A program made the position numbers and the translations under genes. Below are positions 17,506 to 23,717 of a DNA stretch of 23,717 nucleotides, piece after piece. Origin of the DNA: a virus. Under the pieces are notes generated by a model. That model did not search any database, was not told where the DNA came from, and was given only the letters and a program-made list of their open reading frames with translations. Position 1 is the stretch's first letter. Every line of letters starts with the position of its first letter. The stretch is taken from the IMG/VR virus record IMGVR_UViG_3300022902_000077; one strand, 5' to 3'.

Positions 17506-18069
17506 TTATTCTTGGTCGCCCAAGTCTGTGGAAGTAAGTTGAGCAGTTGTAGTGTAATAGTTATATTCCCAAGTAACATTAAATTCTTCCATTGCACCTG
17601 TTGTGTCATAACTTAACTCCATTGCATCAACAGCACTTGGCCAACAATCTTGAAAATTAAAGTCTATTGCTACACTACCATCTTTTGTATATTGTCTTAT
17701 TATAATCGTAGTATACCAATCAGCCGGAACCACACTCCCCGCTAAATTGTTTTCGCTTCCGTTAATATACTCTGCCCATTTCTCCATCGCGATTCTTATT
17801 CCATAATCTTCTGGATTAATGAACGTGGTGGATAAAGTTCCAAACGTCATTTCGCCAGGGATTTTAACTGTTCGACCAAAGTATTGCTTTTCTATTGGTG
17901 TAATAGTTAAGCCAGGAATTGAAGTAGTAGTACATTGATACTGAGATTTCCGTAGTGCCTCCAACCCTTCAGGTCCAGACGGAGAGTATATTTGAACGTC
18001 AAATAAACTAGGTCTAGCGCCCCCTAATGAGAGCGCCGACTTAAAATCTGAAATTTTTCCTATTGCCAT
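17506..18069 (-). CDS. gp19: Tail tube protein gp19 paralog 1
   Basis: SDFKSALSLGGARPSLF, TSIPG, YFGRTVKIPGEMTF, WPSAVDAMELSYD, EEFNVTWEY. Confidence 0.88.
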   Translation of the reverse strand: MAIGKISDFKSALSLGGARPSLFDVQIYSPSGPEGLEALRKSQYQCTTTSIPGLTITPIEKQYFGRTVKIPGEMTFGTLSTTFINPEDYGIRIAMEKWAEYINGSENNLAGSVVPADWYTTIIIRQYTKDGSVAIDFNFQDCWPSAVDAMELSYDTTGAMEEFNVTWEYNYYTTTAQLTSTDLGDQE

Positions 18070-18095
18070 TTAATTTCTCCTAATCTTGTTGTAAT

Positions 18096-18103
18096 TATTT
18101 ATA
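18096..18103 (-). promoter_or_regulatory. T4 late promoter TATAAATA upstream of the gp19 cluster
   Basis: Exact consensus between gp18 and the first gp19. Confidence 0.8.
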
Positions 18104-18112
18104 TCAAAAATA

Positions 18113-20416
18113 TTAAACAGCACCAACGACTTCAGAGAATTCTACACCACTTCTAACAGCAACAAAGTTGAGTTGGATGAAGTTGATAGCACGTGAAGGT
18201 TTGATAAAAATGTCTCCTCTAAACGAATTAGAATCTACAACTTGAGCAGTATTGTTAGAAGCATCACACACGACTCTAAAGTCCTGTATTCCACCTCTAC
18301 CTTGAATGTCTCTCAAGAAAGGTTCTACCATTGCAACAAACTGTGAACGTGTGAACTCATCGTTGAATTCAAACATCTGAAACTTAGCAGCATTTGAAAT
18401 TGCTTTTTCCAGAAGAATGAATAATCGTCTTACGTTGATTCTATCAAACGCAGATGGTTTAGTTAATTGTGTCTTATCTCCAAAAAGGAGTGTTCCTTCG
18501 CCTGGAAATGAAACAACAGGATTGACTTGTGCTTGGTACAACTTATCACGTTCCGCTTTCTTAGGATTGTAAGGAAGTTTTACCACACCTTTAATCTGAC
18601 CTCTGGTAAAACCAGCTGGGGAAAAGAAAGGATCACGAACTTGATCTGTTCTAGCACAAGTTCCAGCTGTATCACCATTCAATGGAACATATCTGAATTT
18701 ATCAGCGTGTTTGTCAAACTGATACTTATATCCAGAATCCATAACAGCGTAAGAGGAATTCTTATTGACAGTATCCCTAAAATCAATTACGTTATCTGTA
18801 GCAGTTGAAGAATCTGTTACACCAACAACATCTGCTTTTTCTGGTGAAAAGAAAGCAACACAATCTTTTCTTGCATCAGCAATATTATCAATAACGTGTC
18901 TTATGACTGTTGAACTGTGATTACCACACAACACAAGTGAAATATCCACATCTTCAGCAGATGCCATTAGGTCATATGCACGAATAATATCAGCACCTGA
19001 CGGACCTGTTCCGTCTGTTCCACCATTAAAACTAAGTGACAATGGAAATGATGCATTTTCAAATGTATCTTGTGTTTGAGCACCCGATGCATCAGCGGTT
19101 GCACCCCAAGCACGGAATGTTGCAGTTCCGTCAGTAACTAATGTTCCGTTACCAGCGGTATCGTTACCGGCTACTGCAGATGAAGTTGTTCCGTGAGCAC
19201 CCATTGTTGGATGGTCTAACCACCACACATATTTTGAATACTTATTGATGAAATTCTTGTAGAAAATATCTTCACCTTGACCATCTCTTGATGCACTTGC
19301 GACTGACAAATTAGCGTGTGCTTCTAAAACTTCTCCTTTTGTTCCTGACCAATCACCATTTTCATCGATAATAGCAACGTGAATTTCATCTTGTGCCATA
19401 TCTTTGTCATCAGCAAAAGTGGAAGTCGTTGGTGCTCCTGTAGAAAATGCACCTTTGTATTCCCATTCTCTTGCGATAGCAGCGGTAGCATTAGTACCGT
19501 TGAATTTCGTAGAAGTTCCTATAACCGTATTTGATGTGATAGTATTAACTCTGTGTGATTCTCCACCAATTACTATTGTATCACCAACAACAAACTGTTT
19601 GTCGAACATTGTTCCTGTTCCTGTTACAACTTTTGAATCAGCAGTAGTTACAGCTGTTCCCTTTATAAAAGTAGAAGTTGTCGAAAACGCAGAACGTTTC
19701 TGTATTGTAAATGCTTTGGCCGTCGCATCAGCTGTATCGGATGAACTTGTTGCAAATACTGATGCGGTATTCAAATCAGTAATTCCAGCTACTATATGGT
19801 ATCCTACCTCGTCAGTAATTTTGATAGCATCTCCAACTCTTAATTCATCTAAAAATAAAGAACTTGCGGTTCCTTCTAATACACCAGTTGAAGCAGTCCA
19901 AGTTACTGTGCTTGTTCCTGTAACAGAAGGTCTATCAGCAGGACAAATTGACATTTTAAGACTGTTACCTAAAGCACCTGCCCATTTCGCTATAAATGGT
20001 CCTAGTGCAGCAAATCCTGAAATACCACCACCAATTGCTCCACTTTGTTCTGGATCAAATGTGTTATAGTAACTTTCAACAGTTGTTGTCTGAACGTTTA
20101 CATATGTTGCGGTATTTGCAGCTGCATTTTTTGGTGCAGCTGCATTTGATGAAGTTGTGTTAGCAGCACGAACAACGTTCAAAGCACTTGTGTATGCTAA
20201 GAAGTTAGCTGCAGTATAGAATGCTTCAAAATTGTTATCGTCTGGTTTTTGAAAAACATCTACCAGATTGTCTTGATCTGTAACCAAAGAAATTTGTTCT
20301 ATTGGCCCCCAATTGAACCTACCAGCAAAACCACCGACTGAAGTACCAGCGGCTACTACTACATTAGTAAGGTCAATTTCAGATGTGTTTACGCCAGGAC
20401 TTACTTGAAAGGCCAT
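18113..20416 (-). CDS. gp18: Tail sheath protein gp18 with internal tandem beta-domain insertion
   Basis: MAFQVSPGV...EIDLT, F.WGP, YVPLNGD.AG.C, SPAGF.RG, LFGDKT, FDRINVRRLF, F.GDIFIKP.R.INFI.LNFVA. Confidence 0.97.
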   Translation of the reverse strand: MAFQVSPGVNTSEIDLTNVVVAAGTSVGGFAGRFNWGPIEQISLVTDQDNLVDVFQKPDDNNFEAFYTAANFLAYTSALNVVRAANTTSSNAAAPKNAAANTATYVNVQTTTVESYYNTFDPEQSGAIGGGISGFAALGPFIAKWAGALGNSLKMSICPADRPSVTGTSTVTWTASTGVLEGTASSLFLDELRVGDAIKITDEVGYHIVAGITDLNTASVFATSSSDTADATAKAFTIQKRSAFSTTSTFIKGTAVTTADSKVVTGTGTMFDKQFVVGDTIVIGGESHRVNTITSNTVIGTSTKFNGTNATAAIAREWEYKGAFSTGAPTTSTFADDKDMAQDEIHVAIIDENGDWSGTKGEVLEAHANLSVASASRDGQGEDIFYKNFINKYSKYVWWLDHPTMGAHGTTSSAVAGNDTAGNGTLVTDGTATFRAWGATADASGAQTQDTFENASFPLSLSFNGGTDGTGPSGADIIRAYDLMASAEDVDISLVLCGNHSSTVIRHVIDNIADARKDCVAFFSPEKADVVGVTDSSTATDNVIDFRDTVNKNSSYAVMDSGYKYQFDKHADKFRYVPLNGDTAGTCARTDQVRDPFFSPAGFTRGQIKGVVKLPYNPKKAERDKLYQAQVNPVVSFPGEGTLLFGDKTQLTKPSAFDRINVRRLFILLEKAISNAAKFQMFEFNDEFTRSQFVAMVEPFLRDIQGRGGIQDFRVVCDASNNTAQVVDSNSFRGDIFIKPSRAINFIQLNFVAVRSGVEFSEVVGAV

Positions 20417-20477
20417 ATCTTCTCTCCGTTAAATTTATTTTTTGAGTTTTTGTTCAAAGTATTTGTTACTCTAACAA

Positions 20478-20489
20478 TATTTATAAATA
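20478..20489. promoter_or_regulatory. Palindromic TATTTATAAATA: late-promoter motif on both strands
   Basis: Perfect 12-bp palindrome giving TATAAATA on - (20485-20478, towards gp18) and on + (20482-20489, towards the endonuclease). Confidence 0.75.
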
Positions 20490-20540
20490 ACTGTGATTTC
20501 ATTTTTTATATATAGTATACAGTAAATATAAAAAAAACTC

Positions 20541-20606
20541 GGATGAAGGAGCTGTTTCAGTCAACTCCCACATCCTAAACAGTAACACTCTGTTACGGAG
20601 AATGTC
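20541..20606 (+). promoter_or_regulatory. Structured 5' leader of the endonuclease gene (two hairpins, then RBS)
   Basis: GGATG(20541-45)/CATCC(20571-75) enclosing GGAG(20548-51)/CTCC(20565-68); GTAACA-CTC-TGTTAC (20582-96) directly before GGAG (20597-600). Confidence 0.5.
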
Positions 20607-21386
20607 ATGTCTAATAATATATATCATTACACCTATATCATTACAAATACAAAAAACCAAATGAAATATATTGGTGTACGGAGTTGTAGTTGTCCACCAA
20701 AAAATGATGAATATATGGGTTCTTCTAAAGTACTCAATGAAGTAATGGAGATATCACATGAACATTTTACAAAAACTATTATTGATACTTTTTCAACTAG
20801 AGCAGAAGCAAATATTAGTGAACATCAACTGCACAAAAAATATAATGTCGCACAAAATCCAGAGTTCTATAATCTTTGTAATGCCCCTATGGGATTTTGG
20901 AACAAGGGCATGAAAAAGAACGAAACCCCGGCCGAAAAACGTGAAAAAGCATTAAAACGTTTCAATTCCAAAGTTATTAAAACCAGTAATTGCCACGAAT
21001 GGAACGCTTCCAAACAAAAACAAGGTTATGGGATGTTCTCTTATGATGGAAAATCCAAACCAGCTCATCGATTTGCTTATCTTCTTCACAAAGGAGACAT
21101 CGCTGAAAATATGGTGGTTCACCAAACTTGTGAAAATAATAGTTGTGTAAATCCAGACCATCTTGTTTTACAAACTAAAAGTCAAAATAAAAAAAATTAC
21201 AACTCTACTCATGTCAGTAAAGAGATGGTAGAAAAAAGTAGCGTTAAATTTCTTTATCGTCTTCGTAGTGTTAGACCAGAATTGGAAAAAGAAATTGATG
21301 CATTACTGTTGTTACTTGTTACTGAAAAGATGAAAGATGATGATGACTTTGGTTTTGAAGAAATAAAGAAAGAAAATTATCTCTAA
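20607..21386 (+). mobile_element. Free-standing homing endonuclease gene: Seg-like GIY-YIG domain fused to an HNH/His-Cys (His-Me finger) domain
   Basis: YTYIITN...YIG...YMGSS...E...FYN at the N-terminus; CHEW...GYG...AHRFAY...G.I...V..TCENNSCVNPDHL...T..QN at the C-terminus; only gene on the + strand, between gp17 and gp18. Confidence 0.88.
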
Positions 21387-23717
21387 TAATATTCTCTCTG
21401 CCATTCTTGTCCAGCTGGTTGCCACACGTTATCATCGCCAGGGATTGAATGTTCATCTGGATCATGTCCATCTTCAATAAACCCAAAGGGCACCATTTCT
21501 TCTTCTATCATTTTCATTTGCTCGGAAAACATTTTTTCTCTTATATCTTGGTCTGTGAGTTCTCTGAAGTACCTCTGTTGAACTAACCAAGAAAAGAGAA
21601 CACAACACATCACCAAATCATCATGAGTTCCATCGTCTGCTTCCCACGATGTACTTTTTCCAATAAACGTTGTCAACTCACTTATTGTATCAAAATCTTC
21701 TATGATTAAATTGTCTCTCTCTATCATGTCTTTGAGAGTTGCACAACCAATTCGTTTTACTTGTTTAGTGGTACGGATTCCCATTGATACATTTTTAGAA
21801 AAACCTCCACCAATCTGTTGACCATTTCTACCGTGCATCGTGACCATCATCATATTTTCGTATTCCATATCATGATAAAGTATGTCAGCTACTTGTTGTC
21901 CTATGTCGTTTACTTCCACTAAAACAAATGCTTCGTTGTATTTCTGAGCAGCTGTAAAAATAACATTAGGATATAACATTGGTGAAATATCATTTTTTCG
22001 GTACTTTGCGACTTGACGGTAAGGTTGTTTCGTTACATCAAACAAAGAAAATGCAGAGTAATCTAATCCCACGCCTCTAGCAACATCACACACCATTACA
22101 TAAGTATGTCCCAATATCGGTTCTTGGTAAACATCCAATCCACCTTGTTGATAAACTGGTGTTTTGTAAGCTAACGAAAGAAGTTTCTCTGTAGAAATAA
22201 GTGTGTTAGAACTACCTAAGAACGAACATTCAAACTCAGACTGAAACTGCCGTTCCGAAGTATTCCGTATCGTTTTCTCTTTCCATTTTTCATCTCTGCC
22301 TGGAACTTGTGACCAATGAACTGAAATGGGGGAATAATCATTGTTTTTTTCTTCGGCATCTGTCCACAATTTGTAAAACATATTCATGCCGTTTGGAGTA
22401 GATACTATGAATACTTTTGTGGTTTGACCAGAAGAAATAGTAGGATAAACCGAACTGAAAAACTCTTCGGAAATATTGGAAGGCACAAATGCAAATTCAT
22501 CAAGAAATATGCAATTTGATACTTCTAAGTCATTTGCATAAAAGGAATGTACATCTTCAACGTGTAACAAATCATATACATCACAATTATTAGAATTTTT
22601 AACCTCAACAACGTCACAAAACTGATTATCTAATGTTCTTATTTTAGATTTTAATGTAACATCCTTAGCTGGTATAAACCCATTTTTGGTAGATATTTTA
22701 TGATCTGGCGTACACTTGATGCTATTGTTATCTGTTCGTATTTGTAGTGTTTTTTGATTTACACTTTTACTGATTCCATAAAACCTTTTCCATCCACCAC
22801 TCGTATATACTTCCCATCTACCAACTTCATTCCCTTGTTCCAAGGCCCGCCCTGAGTTTTGATCCGTCTTTTGGCCGATTCGCTCATTCGTTTTTTTGAC
22901 TCTTCTGATCGCTTCATACCACGATGTTTTTCGGCCGTCTTGCGTATTTTTTCTGGATTCTTGTTGATTTTCTCCATATGTTCTATGGTTTTTTTCACCC
23001 CCGTCAAAGCTTTGGATATTTTTTCTCCAAACCCCAAAGGCTTCTTCACACCCAACAGCTTCCCCTTCATGGTTTTTGACTGCTTCAATTTTTGTTCTTT
23101 TGGTATAGTTTTTCCTTTGTGAGAGTTTCCAATCTTTCTTTTTGTTTCTTCTGAATGTTTCGTCCCTGTTTGTATAATTCTCCGAGCTTGGGAAAATTCC
23201 AAAATTGACTGCCGCCGTTGATGTTCCGTGAGTTTCACCAAAACCCCCTGCCTGCCCTGGCACATTAGAAAATACGCGCACGACATTTTTGCTTTGGGCA
23301 TTCCCGATAGAAATTTTGGAAGTAGATGGTGTGCTATCAAATGCTCTTTGATTGTCAATTTCACTATATTGGTTATTTGGTTTCCGCCATTTAGAGATTT
23401 TGGTATTATGTGGTGTTTTTCTGATACGAGCTCTATGTCTAATGTTCTCAAAAGTGCTTTCTTCATCAGAGAAAAGTACCAATTCTTGTATTTGTTGTTT
23501 ATCATCTCCATACTCATATTTATAAGTATTCATTTCTCTGGATGAATTAGAATAAAAATCTGATATAGAAGTCTTGATTGTTTTATTATTAAAATTATCC
23601 TTTAATAACAGAGTAGAGCTACCAGATATGCAATTAAATGAACTTCCCCGAACAGCTGAACCAGAAGTCGCGGATGCAAGAATCTTTGAGCCATTTTCTA
23701 GCTCAATATTTCCCTTG
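21383..23717 (-). CDS. gp17: Terminase large subunit gp17 precursor (intein-containing; 5' end off-window)
   Basis: The frame of track ORF 21383..23533 stays open to the right edge: ...KGNIELENGSKILASATSGSAVRGSSFN|intein|CIFLDEFAF (Walker B), IVSTPNG, DVARG..LDYS, HDDLVM. Confidence 0.96.
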   Translation of the reverse strand, partial: KGNIELENGSKILASATSGSAVRGSSFNCISGSSTLLLKDNFNNKTIKTSISDFYSNSSREMNTYKYEYGDDKQQIQELVLFSDEESTFENIRHRARIRKTPHNTKISKWRKPNNQYSEIDNQRAFDSTPSTSKISIGNAQSKNVVRVFSNVPGQAGGFGETHGTSTAAVNFGIFPSSENYTNRDETFRRNKKKDWKLSQRKNYTKRTKIEAVKNHEGEAVGCEEAFGVWRKNIQSFDGGEKNHRTYGENQQESRKNTQDGRKTSWYEAIRRVKKTNERIGQKTDQNSGRALEQGNEVGRWEVYTSGGWKRFYGISKSVNQKTLQIRTDNNSIKCTPDHKISTKNGFIPAKDVTLKSKIRTLDNQFCDVVEVKNSNNCDVYDLLHVEDVHSFYANDLEVSNCIFLDEFAFVPSNISEEFFSSVYPTISSGQTTKVFIVSTPNGMNMFYKLWTDAEEKNNDYSPISVHWSQVPGRDEKWKEKTIRNTSERQFQSEFECSFLGSSNTLISTEKLLSLAYKTPVYQQGGLDVYQEPILGHTYVMVCDVARGVGLDYSAFSLFDVTKQPYRQVAKYRKNDISPMLYPNVIFTAAQKYNEAFVLVEVNDIGQQVADILYHDMEYENMMMVTMHGRNGQQIGGGFSKNVSMGIRTTKQVKRIGCATLKDMIERDNLIIEDFDTISELTTFIGKSTSWEADDGTHDDLVMCCVLFSWLVQQRYFRELTDQDIREKMFSEQMKMIEEEMVPFGFIEDGHDPDEHSIPGDDNVWQPAGQEWQREYY
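22759..23517 (-). CDS. HNH homing endonuclease with NUMOD3 repeats, nested in the +1 frame of the intein
   Basis: NNKY..WY..., EKHHIIPKS.NGGN...NIV.LT.KEH..AH.LL (phage HNH), then NUMOD3-like KHSEETKRKIGNSHKGK and KRSEESKKRMSESAK. Likely real start at 23505 (MINNKY). Confidence 0.9.
   Translation of the reverse strand: MSMEMINNKYKNWYFSLMKKALLRTLDIELVSEKHHIIPKSLNGGNQITNIVKLTIKEHLIAHHLLPKFLSGMPKAKMSCAYFLMCQGRQGVLVKLTEHQRRQSILEFSQARRIIQTGTKHSEETKRKIGNSHKGKTIPKEQKLKQSKTMKGKLLGVKKPLGFGEKISKALTGVKKTIEHMEKINKNPEKIRKTAEKHRGMKRSEESKKRMSESAKRRIKTQGGPWNKGMKLVDGKYIRVVDGKGFMESVKV
23517..23524 (-). promoter_or_regulatory. T4 late promoter TATAAATA inside the intein coding sequence, upstream of the nested HNH
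   Basis: Exact consensus formed by the intein-frame codons TAT AAA TAT; HNH ATGs follow at 23517, 23511 and 23505. Confidence 0.65.

Larger units (their letters stand above)
22514..23632 (-). mobile_element. Intein in gp17 (373 aa), inserted just before Walker B
   Basis: Block A CISGSSTLLL (Cys1 at 23632-23630), block B CTPDH, block F VYDLLHVE, block G SFYANDLEVSN (Asn at 22516-22514), then Cys+1; removing it restores RGSSFN-CIFLDE. Confidence 0.93.

Noticed and set aside
1495-18808. Many short antisense or off-frame ORFs in the track (60-127 aa)
   Set aside because: All lie within well-supported phage genes and lack RBS, motifs or unusual stop avoidance.
19404-20069. 221-aa + strand ORF antisense to gp18
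   Set aside because: Mirror of Thr/Ala/Gly/Val-rich sheath codons in register; no start signals or recognisable domain.
22785-22826. Imperfect direct repeat (GGTAGATGGGAAG / GGTGGATGGAAAAG) at the end of the HNH as a target-site duplication
   Set aside because: Short and imperfect, with no matching copy at the other end of the insert; explained by intein residues GRWE/GGWK.
21383-23533. Track ORF taken as a 716-aa protein with a novel N-terminal domain
   Set aside because: The Met at 23533 is intein residue 34; the frame continues past the window edge into the gp17 ATPase, and the apparent novel domain is the alternative-frame read of the HNH gene.
22859-23545. + strand ORFs of 87 and 105 aa opposite the dual-coded region
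   Set aside because: No motifs or RBS; most simply shadows of the constrained sequence. A third coding layer is not supported.
22759-23632. Classical fractured gene / split intein, or group I intron
   Set aside because: No stop after the intein N-part, no in-frame ATG near the start of the C-part, and clear intein blocks A, B, F and G; no group I core elements recognised.
1-23717. tRNA, rRNA, CRISPR arrays, IS elements, complete CBASS/Pycsar operon
   Set aside because: No cloverleaf, repeat-spacer array, transposase or nucleotide cyclase recognised; intergenic spaces are short and accounted for.

Overview
AT-rich segment of a T4-like (myovirus) phage genome; the gene set resembles marine T4-like phages (inference), and the host cannot be determined. 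Almost everything is on the - strand. In transcription order (right to left): terminase gp17 (5' end off-window, interrupted by an intein), a convergent free-standing GIY-YIG/HNH endonuclease, tail sheath gp18, three tandem gp19 tail-tube paralogs, portal gp20, head-core genes, gp21, gp22, major capsid gp23, gp3, uvsY, uvsW, gp55, gp47, a 2OG-Fe(II) oxygenase, gp46, peptide deformylase, and a tightly coupled membrane cassette (acidic ORF, holin-like protein, lipoprotein lipase, Pycsar-effector-like DUF5706 protein running off the left edge and missing from the ORF track). Top observation: the 373-aa terminase intein stays in one open frame, while about 250 of its codons also encode, in the +1 frame, a complete HNH/NUMOD3 homing endonuclease with its own T4 late-promoter motif. 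The insertion lies near intein residue 33, where atypically split terminase inteins are broken. Second: a PycTM-like effector with no cyclase in the window, inside a possible non-canonical lysis or membrane module. All family calls are by motif recognition; no searches were run.
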